Shown here one piece after another: positions 54,923-64,000 of a DNA stretch of 64,000 nt. Source of the DNA: an uncultured Candidatus Bathyarchaeia archaeon (GTDB lineage Archaea; Thermoproteota; Bathyarchaeia; Bathyarchaeales; Bathycorpusculaceae); contig CAZWDU010000003.1 of the NCBI GenBank assembly GCA_964632845.1, positions 84,686-148,685 of the forward strand, read 5' to 3'. The position numbers and the translations under genes were made by a program. Below the pieces are notes generated by a model that was given only the letters and a program-made list of their open reading frames with translations, was not told where the DNA came from and searched no databases. Every line of letters begins with the position of its first letter. The stretch's first letter is position 1.

Positions 54923-55579
54923 TTAGCTGATGCAGTTCGGAAGGTGAGTAACATTTTCTAAAATTAAGTCGGGATTTAACTTGGCAAGTTCAGGTTTTGT
55001 GTAAAGACCTGAAAGGACGGCTACGGTTTTGGCGCCTGCCGCTTTGCCTGCGGTGATATCGATAACGCTGTCGCCTACAATGAGGCACTCAGCAATTTGT
55101 ACATCTATGACCTTAAGCGCCTTTATGAAGGCTTCAGGCGAAGGCTTCGGTTTGTACGTGTCCTGCGTGGTTGCAATGTGACTGAAGTATTGTGCCAAAC
55201 CAAATTGCTGCAGTTCCTTCGCGACGGTACCGTTGGGGACATTGCGCATTGTGACTAGCGCGAGCTTGGCTTTTTGTTGAAGAACTTCAAGGGTAGCGTG
55301 AATGTTGGATATGGGTTTAGTCTTAACCTTTGTGATGGCGTAAAAACTTTTTAGGTATGCGTCGAGAAAGCGTGGTGTGTTGGTGTGTGTAAGGTCGTCT
55401 ATTGGCAGTCTCTGCTCTAACCGTTTTGGAATTGTCAACGCTGTTTGTAGTGTGGGTTGTTCTAAACCTATTGCTTGAAAGGCAATTTGTGCCGCTTCTA
55501 CATAAGCGTCTCGTGAGTCTACTATGGTGCCATCTAAATCAAAGAGAATGGCTTTGGCGTTCAGTTTCGCTGTACTCAT
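54923..55579 (-). CDS. HAD-superfamily phosphatase
   Basis: Motif I 'ILFDLDGTIVDS', motif II 'LVTMR', motif IV 'VGDSVIDITAG'. Confidence 0.8.
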   Translation of the reverse strand: MSTAKLNAKAILFDLDGTIVDSRDAYVEAAQIAFQAIGLEQPTLQTALTIPKRLEQRLPIDDLTHTNTPRFLDAYLKSFYAITKVKTKPISNIHATLEVLQQKAKLALVTMRNVPNGTVAKELQQFGLAQYFSHIATTQDTYKPKPSPEAFIKALKVIDVQIAECLIVGDSVIDITAGKAAGAKTVAVLSGLYTKPELAKLNPDLILENVTHLPNCIS

Positions 55580-55884
55580 GTCGGGTATTTCCGTATTTGG
55601 CTTTGTTAAGGTGTTTTTTCTTTCTTTAAACTTTTTTGCTTCATCCTTGAAAATACTGATGAAATTCGCGTTATCTTCAACAAAACTCGAACTAAGCTAG
55701 AATTGTTTCACGCGTATCCCGTTTACACCATGCTTAGCTGCTTCAGCCAAGCTTCAATAATCTTTTACAAGAACATGTTTAATCTTGATGAGCGAATGGG
55801 AAATTTCTATTCGAAAACAATGGAAAATTATTTATCTACCATCATAAGAAACCATGTACACGGAGTATTACGGAGGAAAATTAG

Positions 55885-56055
55885 ATGTCTAAATGTCCAA
55901 AATGTGGAACAGACGTTTCAAAGCCAAAGAAAGCTTGGAAAATGGCTGGACGCCCAGACAAAATGGGAAAACGCATGCAACTGGAAATCGGGCTTTTTGA
56001 ATGCCCCAAATGCAAAGCTACTTTCCGCGAAGTGCTGAGCAAAAAGAAAATCTAA
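55885..56055 (+). CDS. 56-aa zinc-ribbon protein (below the track cutoff)
   Basis: MSKCPKCGTDVSKPKKAWKMAGRPDKMGKRMQLEIGLFECPKCKATFREVLSKKKI. GGAGG lies 8 nt upstream and there are two CPKC knuckles. Confidence 0.55.
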   Translation: MSKCPKCGTDVSKPKKAWKMAGRPDKMGKRMQLEIGLFECPKCKATFREVLSKKKI

Positions 56056-56208
56056 GCAAGCACATAATGACCTTAATCAACGCTAAAGCTAACAGTCACG
56101 ATTATCCTTTCATCTCCTCATTTTTCCTTTTTTTGAAAACGGTAAGTTTTAAAACATAGACTGCTTAATGAACAGGAATACCTTCGCAAGTCAACAGAAG
56201 GCAACAAT

Positions 56209-56874
56209 TTGACGGCGACTTTCAAAAAACTTTGGAAAAATGAATACATTCAGACCGCCCTAATCATCGGCGTAATCGTGTTAATAGTCCTTGGGTTCTG
56301 GTTCAGCATACAATCAGTGTTGGGCACACAATACCCCGCGTTGGCAGTGATAACGGGCAGCATGTGTATTCCACAAGACGCACAATGCGACGGCCAAAGT
56401 CATCCTTTCGCACGAACACTGCACATCGGAGACCTAATAATCATTCAAGGCGTGAATCCAGAAGACCTCAACGCAGATTATCCGAACAGCGACATAATTG
56501 TTTTTCACAAGCCAACAGATCCTGATGATCTTATTGTGCATAGAATAGCAGCTAAAGGTGTAGGTGAAGATGGCATAATATATTTCTACACAAAAGGGGA
56601 TGGAAACCCCACCAATAAATGGCCCGATCCAATTCAGCCTGCGGAGTATGATTCGTGGGGAAAAGTTCCCGAGAATTTGGTTGTTGGCAAAGTCATCATG
56701 CGCATTCCGTGGGTGGGGCACATCATCCTTTTCATGCACAATTCGGTGGGCTTGCCCATAGTCATAGCACTCATGGTTATATTATTATTAATAGAATTTG
56801 TTCTGCCCCTGTTTAGAAAAAAAGCGCCAGTCGCTGAATCTGAACCACTGAAAGAACCACAACAGCAAGCATAG
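56209..56874 (+). CDS. signal peptidase I (archaeal/eukaryal S26B type)
   Basis: N-terminal TM segment, 'VITGSMCIP' (catalytic Ser), 'GDLIIIQG', 'IVHRIAAK' (His). TTG start. Confidence 0.75.
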   Translation: MTATFKKLWKNEYIQTALIIGVIVLIVLGFWFSIQSVLGTQYPALAVITGSMCIPQDAQCDGQSHPFARTLHIGDLIIIQGVNPEDLNADYPNSDIIVFHKPTDPDDLIVHRIAAKGVGEDGIIYFYTKGDGNPTNKWPDPIQPAEYDSWGKVPENLVVGKVIMRIPWVGHIILFMHNSVGLPIVIALMVILLLIEFVLPLFRKKAPVAESEPLKEPQQQA

Positions 56875-56942
56875 ATGTATTTATAAATAGAGCCACTTAT
56901 AGAAAAGGTATTTAAGCTCACATAAGGAGAGAAGGAAAATTC

Positions 56943-57503
56943 ATGCCGCAAGTTAAAGCTGTGATAAACATTGAAAACGTCGTCGCTTCTGCAACACTGA
57001 ATCAGAAAGTTGACTTGAACGCCGTGGTAAAAGGTTACCCAGGCGTGGAATACCGTCCAGAACAGTTTCCTGGTCTCGTATTCAGGTTGAAAAGACCGAA
57101 AACTGCGACTTTGATTTTTAACTCTGGAAAAATGGTGTGCACGGGCGCAAAGTCTGAAAAAGAAGCGCGTAGAGCCGTAATGAAAGTTGTCAAGGAATTG
57201 AAAAAGGGCGGAATAATAATAATCAGTAAGCCCGATTTAAAAATTCAGAACATCGTCGCCTCAGCAAGTCTAGGCGGCATGATTGATTTGGAAAAAGCAG
57301 CGTTCACTCTTGGAAAAACAATGTATGAACCGGAACAGTTTCCAGGCTTGATTTACAGAATGGACGAGCCGAAAGTTGTGATTCTACTGTTTGCAAGCGG
57401 AAAACTTGTTTGCACTGGAGCCAAAAAAGAGCAAGACGTTTACACCGCAGTGCAAAAACTACATGTGCTGCTGGAAGAGAAGAGCTTAATCTTCTATGAT
57501 TAA
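56943..57503 (+). CDS. tbp: TATA-box binding protein
   Basis: Two repeats, 'IENVVASA...YRPEQFPGLVFRL...FNSGKMVCTGAKS' and 'IQNIVASA...YEPEQFPGLIYRM...FASGKLVCTGAK'. Confidence 0.95.
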   Translation: MPQVKAVINIENVVASATLNQKVDLNAVVKGYPGVEYRPEQFPGLVFRLKRPKTATLIFNSGKMVCTGAKSEKEARRAVMKVVKELKKGGIIIISKPDLKIQNIVASASLGGMIDLEKAAFTLGKTMYEPEQFPGLIYRMDEPKVVILLFASGKLVCTGAKKEQDVYTAVQKLHVLLEEKSLIFYD

Positions 57504-57514
57504 TGCTCTTCAGC

Positions 57515-58144
57515 CTATTTTTTTATTTGTTTAAGAATGGTCTTCAGGTTTTCTTTGTCTATGGCGCCTATCTCGTACAGTGCGTTAGCTACTCCGCTGA
57601 TTTTGAGCAATGCGTGAAGTTGAATTCCGCTTTTTGCAAGTTTTTCTTTCCCGCCTTCTTCCCTGTCCAAAAGCGCAACTGCCTCCGTCACTATGCCGCC
57701 TTCAGCGGTTACGGCTTCTGCCGCTTTCTTCAGGGTTAGTCCTGTGGTAATTAAGTCATCAACAAGTAAAACGCGGTCGCCTGAAACAAGGATGCCTTCC
57801 ACTCTTCTTTGCCGTCCATGCAACCGAACGCCTTTGCGCACGTACAGAAAAGGCTTTTTGAGGTTGTAAGCAATTTGGGAAGCGAAAGGTATGCCAGCAA
57901 TTGGGACGCCTGCTACGCGGTCAAAGTTTTTGAGTGCTATTTGGCTGGTTATTGCTTCGCCGTAGAAATCACAAATTTGTCTGAAAGCATCTGGAAAGCT
58001 GGGCACTATTCTCAGGTCTATGTAGTAAGGGCTTACTTTTCCGCTTGTAAGCTTAAAAAGTCCGAACTTTAAAGCATCTATCTTGTGCAGAATCTTTGCA
58101 ACTTCAACTTTTTGTGTTTCCCTGTCCTTCTGCAAAATTTTCAC
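57515..58144 (-). CDS. pyrE: orotate phosphoribosyltransferase
   Basis: PRPP motif 'RVLLVDDLITTGLT', with 'GKVSPYYIDLR'. Confidence 0.85.
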   Translation of the reverse strand: MKILQKDRETQKVEVAKILHKIDALKFGLFKLTSGKVSPYYIDLRIVPSFPDAFRQICDFYGEAITSQIALKNFDRVAGVPIAGIPFASQIAYNLKKPFLYVRKGVRLHGRQRRVEGILVSGDRVLLVDDLITTGLTLKKAAEAVTAEGGIVTEAVALLDREEGGKEKLAKSGIQLHALLKISGVANALYEIGAIDKENLKTILKQIKK

Positions 58145-58830
58145 TTCCTTTTCGAAACTTGGTAAATATTATTCAGCTCGGGAATTAAACAAGCAGTTCT
58201 CGGCAGTTCCTTTTTCAAGAGTTCAGCAAACTTGTTTTGGCTTGCAACCGAGTTGGTATGATAAGGAACAGCGACCTGTGGCTTTGTTAATCTTGCAATT
58301 TCGAAGCCTGTTTCTGGCGAAGCGCTTGGCGCTATGCCTACAGTACAGAAGACCACATCAAATTTTTCTCTTTCACCGATAGCGGCTAACTCGGGAAACG
58401 GCAAACTGTCGGCTGTGTGAAAAACTTTGACGCCGTCTTCACTGGTGATTATGAAAGTAACTGGCGACGCTGCGGTATGGTTACATTTTTCCGCCTTCAC
58501 GGAAACTTCACCTATTTTAGTTGCAGCGCTCGGGCGAATTTCCTGCAGTTTTTCGGGTGGAATCGTAGGCTGCAGGCTGCGTGTAGAAGCTGGGTCAGAT
58601 ATGATAGTGCAGTCTGTGGCTTTTTGGATTTTTGCTATTAAACGTTGGTCTAGATGGTCATAGTGTTCATGCGTTATTAGAATGGCATCTACATCAGGCA
58701 GGTTGCGCGCTTTTACATCCACAGGGTCTACGACAAGCGTTTTTGAAGGCGTTTTTATCAGTACTCCAGCGTAATGGTTAAACCACACGAACAAAATTGC
58801 GTTTTTTTCAGGAGTAGCTTCAATTGGCAT
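58141..58830 (-). CDS. MBL-fold metallo-hydrolase
   Basis: 'ILITHEHYDHLD'. Confidence 0.8.
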   Translation of the reverse strand: MPIEATPEKNAILFVWFNHYAGVLIKTPSKTLVVDPVDVKARNLPDVDAILITHEHYDHLDQRLIAKIQKATDCTIISDPASTRSLQPTIPPEKLQEIRPSAATKIGEVSVKAEKCNHTAASPVTFIITSEDGVKVFHTADSLPFPELAAIGEREKFDVVFCTVGIAPSASPETGFEIARLTKPQVAVPYHTNSVASQNKFAELLKKELPRTACLIPELNNIYQVSKRK

Positions 58831-58983
58831 AATTCGGTTCCTCGCCTGATAGTATTATTGTTTGCTTTGTTTTAAAGGAGTTGTGCTTGTGGGCTATTGC
58901 ACTACGGCAAACTATAGCTCTTTCTATAGTATAGAGGCTGAAATTTAGAGCGACTTCGTTATAGAATTACTGTTGGATACGGG

Positions 58984-59844
58984 TTAGTTTTGGCATTTTG
59001 GGCAATAGTAGATTTGTCCGCCGCCTAAACTGAGACGCTGCACTCTGGCGCCGCAGGTTGGGCAATCGGTGTCTTTCATGTTTGGACCCATAGCAGGCGT
59101 GTAACTACCTTGCTTGCCGTAAAGGTCAACGAACTGGTTTTTGCCGCCTGTTTGAATTCGTTCTTGAACCAGAAGCTTTATTGCGTTGTAAAGAGCGGCT
59201 TTTTCATCATTACTCAGGCTGGATGCTTTGCGCTTGGGATGAATTTTTGCGCGGTAGATTATGTCTTGGAAGGCACTGTTACTTAAGCCCACTAAAACGG
59301 CGGCTTTACCAACGAGCGCCGATTTGATATTCACGTTTTTTTCAGCCAAATCAGTTAGGAACTGCTCTAAAGTGAACTCTTTCGCGTCTAGTGGCGAGGT
59401 GACTTGGGAGAAGTCGCGCCTATACAGATAATTCTTTTCCAAATCCGCTTCAATTACGGCTTGTATGCATCCTAAACCAGTTAAACTAACTGTTAAGGCT
59501 GTGCTGTCTTGAAAACTGAGCTTGAGGTGAAATTTTGAGGGAACTGTATTTTCGTTTTTGTGAAAAAGGATTATGCCGCCGTACTCAGGTGCAAGAACCA
59601 AGTTCCAAGCGTTACTGAACTTAACCATAATAACGTTTCCTCGTGAAACAACAGAAACCACTTTTTCGCCAACTAAGCTGTCAAACGCTGAGGCATCCTT
59701 GTTAACGCAGCCGATTTTCTGGAGGTTTTGACAATTCTGCAAGTCGCAAGCTTGAACTATTTTGCCAATCAGCACTTCACTCATTTGTGTAGCAAGAATG
59801 TGAGCTTCTGGGAGTTCAACACTCATAAGGTAACCATCACTCAT
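58984..59844 (-). CDS. Fpg/Nei-family DNA glycosylase with an atypical N-terminus
   Basis: 'VELPEAHIL' resembles PELPEV. There is an H2TH region and a C-terminal zinc finger 'CPTCGARVQRLSLGGGQIYYCPKC'. Confidence 0.7.
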   Translation of the reverse strand: MSDGYLMSVELPEAHILATQMSEVLIGKIVQACDLQNCQNLQKIGCVNKDASAFDSLVGEKVVSVVSRGNVIMVKFSNAWNLVLAPEYGGIILFHKNENTVPSKFHLKLSFQDSTALTVSLTGLGCIQAVIEADLEKNYLYRRDFSQVTSPLDAKEFTLEQFLTDLAEKNVNIKSALVGKAAVLVGLSNSAFQDIIYRAKIHPKRKASSLSNDEKAALYNAIKLLVQERIQTGGKNQFVDLYGKQGSYTPAMGPNMKDTDCPTCGARVQRLSLGGGQIYYCPKCQN

Positions 59845-59979
59845 AAAAAGTAATCCAGCACCACTTAATCTTTACTCATGCATGATACGCTAACTTGTTT
59901 CATCCTTACACTGTATCGAGTCTGCCAAAAACCTTATTAGCAAAACGGTATAAACCCCATGTTCAAGGGAGAGTTTCAC

Positions 59980-60312
59980 ATGGTTTATTGTTCAAAATGT
60001 GGCACTCAAAACGAGGACACAGCAGAATACTGCGTGAAATGTGGGGCAAACCTGCAGACAGGAACCTACGCGGCGCGCAGGTACGAACGCAGAAAAGCTG
60101 AACAAGAATGCTTCGGGCTTCCTCACGGCGGCGCAATTGTAGGCTTATCAATTGGCGTAATCATCCTGCTCTGGGGCGTCTTCACGCTAGCCCAGCAAAT
60201 AGGATTAGTCGAAGAGTCGCCAAGCCTCTGGTTCATAATCCTGATAGTTTTTGGCGTTATACTGATTGCTGGCGCAATCTACGGGATAACCCGCACCAAA
60301 CCCGCCCAGTAA
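59980..60312 (+). CDS. zinc-ribbon membrane protein
   Basis: 'MVYCSKCGTQNEDTAEYCVKCG' followed by two TM helices. Confidence 0.65.
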   Translation: MVYCSKCGTQNEDTAEYCVKCGANLQTGTYAARRYERRKAEQECFGLPHGGAIVGLSIGVIILLWGVFTLAQQIGLVEESPSLWFIILIVFGVILIAGAIYGITRTKPAQ

Positions 60313-60321
60313 ACCGCGACA

Positions 60322-61065
60322 TCACGCAATCAGCTCAGCGCTGCAGGAAACTACGGAACACCGCGCACAAATTCGCCTGTGCTCCCATTGAGACAGCGAC
60401 ATCTTCGTTGCCAACCACAACAGGCTTAACGCAACAAAGAAAAAGTCAAGTGAAAAACTGCCAGCGGCTTCTTCCACACCAGCAACAATCAGAAAGGAAC
60501 CTAAAGCCAGGAGAACACCCGCGAAAAACCGTGTAAACCCGTTTTGAAACCGCACGGGCACAACAGGATACAACAACCCAGCCATAACGCCAGCAACGCC
60601 GACTAACACAGGCACAAACGGCTTTTCGCCAACGTGCAAGTTTCCAAAGAAAAACAAGCCAGTGCACACGATAACGATAACTGCGCCCCCCAGAAGTCCC
60701 GAACAAGTAGCACAGAACGCTCTCTTGCCAACGTGCATGACGTGCGTGGAATAAGGCTTGCAAGGGGCATGGTGCCCACGCAGAACCCGCCCGCGCGCTC
60801 CACTGAAGCTATGCATAGTCGTGCCCCGCCTTTTCAAGCCAACAATTCCCGCGCATGACTCAGGATAGAGAACAGCGAAGATGCCTAAAACGCATATAAC
60901 GTCCAAGGCTACGCCAACCGCGGGCTTCCGCAGCGCGGAATCGTCTTGAAACTTGGGCGAGGTAACGACAAACACGAGAGACAGGGCCAGCCCAAAGAAT
61001 GACACAGCAATTAGAAAAATCAGGGTTAGGCTGGCGAATTTGCTGTTAAGTGCCGTCATTTTCAC
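60322..61065 (-). CDS. polytopic membrane protein with a Cys motif (DUF2085-like)
   Basis: 'GKRAFCATCSGLLGG' and a C-terminal 'CARCSVVSC', with about 6 TM segments. Confidence 0.5.
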   Translation of the reverse strand: MKMTALNSKFASLTLIFLIAVSFFGLALSLVFVVTSPKFQDDSALRKPAVGVALDVICVLGIFAVLYPESCAGIVGLKRRGTTMHSFSGARGRVLRGHHAPCKPYSTHVMHVGKRAFCATCSGLLGGAVIVIVCTGLFFFGNLHVGEKPFVPVLVGVAGVMAGLLYPVVPVRFQNGFTRFFAGVLLALGSFLIVAGVEEAAGSFSLDFFFVALSLLWLATKMSLSQWEHRRICARCSVVSCSAELIA

Positions 61066-61072
61066 ATCAAAC

Positions 61073-62500
61073 TCAAACTATACTCCTCAACTGTCGCAAG
61101 ACGTTTTGACGCGCCATATAACGGTAAACGCGCCGTTTCACGCTGTTCTTTGAGAAAACTCCTTGGATTCGCCTGTTCCAAGAACCGAAAAAACCGCGGT
61201 AGCACTTGTAAAGCTCATGCTGCACCTGCTCCCGCGTTAAAGCCCCGGTCGGCATCGTAGCATGCACCATGTCGTAGTTAGCCCAGTTCCAATCCTCAAT
61301 CCAGCCCTTGCGCTTCGCCTCCTCGAAAAGCTCAGTGCCTGGAAACGGCGTCAAAATCATGAAAATAGCAATGTCAGGGTCAACGTGATTAACAAACTGC
61401 CTGAGGCTGGCTATTGATTCTGCTGTGTCACCGCGCTCGCCGATTATGCATGTTGCTTGAGAAAAAATGCTGTTCTGCCGCAGCAACTTCACAGCTGCTT
61501 CCGCATACTCAGGCTTTGAATCTTTGCGGAAATTATTCAAAGTGTTTTTGCTGTGGCTTTCAACGCCAAGCAGTAGCCAATTGATGCCTGCTTTACTCAT
61601 CTTTGCCACAAGCTGCGGATTCGCTGCTACATCATCACAGCGAGCCTGCATAAAACACGTTATATCCCTTGAAAAATCACGCTTAATTAACTCATCACAA
61701 AGCGCGTCCATGCGTTGACCTACGCCAAAGTTGTCATCAGTCAACCACAACAGCCTACTGCCATAATTGTTGTAGAGGAACTCCATTTCGTCGGCTACGC
61801 GCTTCACAGACTTATGCCTCCAAGTGCCCTGCCAATGCTTCCACTGCGAACAAAAAGTGCAGCGATGCGGGCAGCCTCGTGATGCTTCAACCACGCCGTA
61901 GCGTGCTTTGGAGCCAGCCATCATCGTGAAATGGTACCTGTGTGCGTACTCTTCAACGAAATGGTACGCGGGAAACGGCAACTGGTTCAAGTCTCCAATC
62001 AACGGGCGCGGGGGATTATGCAGAATTTTCTGGTGATGTCTAAAAGAAATGCCACGTATGCTTGAGAAAACGGATTTGTCACGCACTGCTTTAACCAACT
62101 CCGCCAAGGTTTCTTCGCCTTCTCCGCGGACAATCACGTCGATTTCAGGGTACGTCTCAAGGCTTTCCTGCGCCAAAGCCGAAAAATGCTGTCCGCCAGC
62201 AACAGTTAACGCCTCAGGCTTCAGTTTCTTGGCAGTTTCCAATGTCCGAGCGGTCACGTAAACGTTGCATGTCGCAAAACCGCTTGACGCCACTACATCA
62301 GGATTAAATGCTTCAATACGCTTCGCTAAGCCTTTCCAGTCCAGAAGCATGGCTTGGCAGTCTAAAACCTCGATTTCCGCATCCGCGATTTTGCTTTCCA
62401 GATAAGCTGCAAGCTGAAGAAGGCCATACGGGGGCGGAAGATACTCGCCCATAACAAACCAGTAATCTTTCGGCGGTTCAACAAACAGGACTTTCACCAA
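61073..62500 (-). CDS. B12-binding-domain radical SAM protein
   Basis: N-terminal 'VKVLFVEPP...' Rossmann domain and 'ASRGCPHRCTFCSQ' (CxxxCxxC). Confidence 0.85.
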   Translation of the reverse strand: MVKVLFVEPPKDYWFVMGEYLPPPYGLLQLAAYLESKIADAEIEVLDCQAMLLDWKGLAKRIEAFNPDVVASSGFATCNVYVTARTLETAKKLKPEALTVAGGQHFSALAQESLETYPEIDVIVRGEGEETLAELVKAVRDKSVFSSIRGISFRHHQKILHNPPRPLIGDLNQLPFPAYHFVEEYAHRYHFTMMAGSKARYGVVEASRGCPHRCTFCSQWKHWQGTWRHKSVKRVADEMEFLYNNYGSRLLWLTDDNFGVGQRMDALCDELIKRDFSRDITCFMQARCDDVAANPQLVAKMSKAGINWLLLGVESHSKNTLNNFRKDSKPEYAEAAVKLLRQNSIFSQATCIIGERGDTAESIASLRQFVNHVDPDIAIFMILTPFPGTELFEEAKRKGWIEDWNWANYDMVHATMPTGALTREQVQHELYKCYRGFFGSWNRRIQGVFSKNSVKRRVYRYMARQNVLRQLRSIV

Positions 62501-62594
62501 GCCAGTTCACTCCAACAGTTACCGTACAATCGCCATGCTGCACCTTGTGTTGTCTTTGTGGTTTTTAGTTTAAATATGCTTTTACGTTACACGC

Positions 62595-63716
62595 TTAGCT
62601 TAAGCTGTCGTAATAGGCTGAGCCTTTAGTTGATAGTATTTCCAGAATTATCTGCTCCGTCTTCTCTCCGACACCGCTGATGGTTCGCAGTTTGCTCTTC
62701 AAGGCTGACAACGGCGTATCCAACTTGGAAATGGCGTACGCAGCGTAGCCGAAGGAAGAGCGTTTTCCTTCTAACTGCAAGAAGTAATCCAACTGCTCCA
62801 GCATCACAACGACTAAGTCGTTTTCCCATAAAATATCCCTGTAAAGCGTCGGCGGCATACGCCTACGCAGCCCAAGCATCTTGGCGGTTTGGTTGAAAAC
62901 CGAGTTCAGCGGAGCGCAATAAGCGTCTGTTGCGTGGCCCCACTCGTTCGCTGGGTAAATTTCCTCGTACTTCGCCACAAGTTCAGGATGCTTCTCGCTG
63001 AGTACAGGATAGAAATGGTCTTTTTGCCTTCCAGTCTTAAGCGTCATGCCGCCGAAAACCACGAAGTCCACACCAACATCCCGCGCTTTCCGCAGCGTTT
63101 CAGATATCATTTCAGGCGTGTCAGTTATGAACGGAATCACAGGAAGAAGAAACATGCCGCACGCAATGCCTTCCTTCTTGAACTTGGCAATTGTTTTTAG
63201 CCGTTCGCTTGGAGAAGGCACATTCGGCTCAAAAACTGCGCTGACCGCGTCATCTGCTGACGAGAAGCTGAAGCTTACGATAGCCCTGTTCTGCTGGTTA
63301 ATTCGCTTAATAATGTCTAAGTCGCGTTCGACAAGCGTAGATTTGGTTAGTATATGCACGGGCCACCTGTACTCGCAAAGGAGCTGCAGGGTTCGGCGCG
63401 TCAGTTGATACTGCACTTCTGCGGGTTGGTAGCTGTCGCCGACTCCGCCGCCTATCATAACATAACCTGGTTTCAGTTTTACGCGTCTGCCAATCGGTTT
63501 CAGTTCTCTGCGCAGCACTTCAACAGCGTTTATTTTCACTGCCACGTTTTCGCCAAAGACGCCGTCAACACGATAGCGTTCCGAACGCCCATCACAGTAC
63601 ACGCAACTGTGGGTGCAGCCTCTGTAGAGGTTCATGCCGTAACGTGAAACGAACCATGAATCAATCTTGCCGCGTTTAAGCAGTATCGACTTTGCCTTGA
63701 TTTCTTGTAGTGTCAC
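62595..63716 (-). CDS. radical SAM protein of the SplB/'DNA repair photolyase' group (COG1533-like) with a C-terminal HhH-like tail
   Basis: 'YRGCTHSCVYCDG', with C-terminal 'ISGVGEKTEQIILE'. Confidence 0.75.
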   Translation of the reverse strand: MTLQEIKAKSILLKRGKIDSWFVSRYGMNLYRGCTHSCVYCDGRSERYRVDGVFGENVAVKINAVEVLRRELKPIGRRVKLKPGYVMIGGGVGDSYQPAEVQYQLTRRTLQLLCEYRWPVHILTKSTLVERDLDIIKRINQQNRAIVSFSFSSADDAVSAVFEPNVPSPSERLKTIAKFKKEGIACGMFLLPVIPFITDTPEMISETLRKARDVGVDFVVFGGMTLKTGRQKDHFYPVLSEKHPELVAKYEEIYPANEWGHATDAYCAPLNSVFNQTAKMLGLRRRMPPTLYRDILWENDLVVVMLEQLDYFLQLEGKRSSFGYAAYAISKLDTPLSALKSKLRTISGVGEKTEQIILEILSTKGSAYYDSLS

Positions 63717-64000
63717 CTTCGCGTGTACACCTTCTGCTTGTACTTGTACTCGTTAACGCGTAAAATATCCATCACTCTAGCGGGCTCTGTCTTCACGAGG
63801 TTTCTGCATGCCCTGTAAGCTATCCAGTAAGAGTTGCGGTCGCCACTTTCAACAAGCTCCCTTGCCAAGTCAAAAACTAGTTCAGGAAGATGCCTTGCCA
63901 AATCGCTCAAGTTGTTCCCCACCGAAGCCCGCGGATACACGGAGCTTTCCCTGAATAGGAGTCTCAGAATGGACAGCGAATACTCTGGGTGCTTGTAGAA
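63713..64000 (-). CDS. HEAT-repeat DNA alkylation repair (AlkD-like) protein, C-terminal part (5' end outside the window)
   Basis: The frame is open to nt 64000, with '...SVGNNLSDLARHLPELVFDLAREL...NSYWIAYRACRNL'. It overlaps the radical SAM gene by 4 nt. Confidence 0.55.
   Translation of the reverse strand, partial: FYKHPEYSLSILRLLFRESSVYPRASVGNNLSDLARHLPELVFDLARELVESGDRNSYWIAYRACRNLVKTEPARVMDILRVNEYKYKQKVYTRR

Noticed and set aside
55703-56038. 111-aa track ORF
   Set aside because: It has no motif or upstream ribosome-binding site. It overlaps, in another frame, the 56-aa double-CPKC zinc-ribbon ORF, which has a GGAGG and a coherent domain.
1-64000. CRISPR arrays, rRNA genes, IS elements and transposases
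   Set aside because: I saw no regularly spaced 24-40-nt repeats, no rRNA-like conserved blocks and no transposase motifs (DDE or HUH) in any ORF translation.

Overview
This is an archaeal chromosomal segment. Archaeal markers include sn-glycerol-1-phosphate dehydrogenase, TBP, aCPSF1/FttA, proteasome beta, the LSm-L37e pair, archaeal pantoate kinase and PPAT, Dpo4-type polymerase and archaeal SepF. It has two parts. (1) About nt 1061-21600 is one uninterrupted minus-strand gene train. It encodes a siphovirus-like head-tail virus or provirus: small and large terminase, portal, protease/scaffold, HK97-fold capsid, connector proteins, tail tube, chaperone, tape measure, baseplate and fibre. It abuts tRNA-Asn(GTT). 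It carries unusual cargo: a CaCA Na+/Ca2+ exchanger, an ICMT-type membrane methyltransferase, a YkgJ Cys-cluster protein, and a terminal ParB-like plus ABC-ATPase/GNAT module. No integrase, polymerase or lysis gene is recognisable. Two homopolymer heptamers in it look like -1 recoding sites. One gives a classical gpG/gpGT-type tail-chaperone frameshift. The other would fuse the ABC ATPase to the GNAT domain. (2) Nt 21681-64000 is housekeeping. It holds porGDAB, a nikR-larBCE nickel-pincer cofactor cluster with a repeated candidate operator motif and two paralogous small membrane proteins, CoA genes, DNA repair genes, radical SAM enzymes and four tRNAs in the window overall. I saw no CRISPR array and no rRNA. 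All calls rest on motif reading of the supplied translations; no database search was run.
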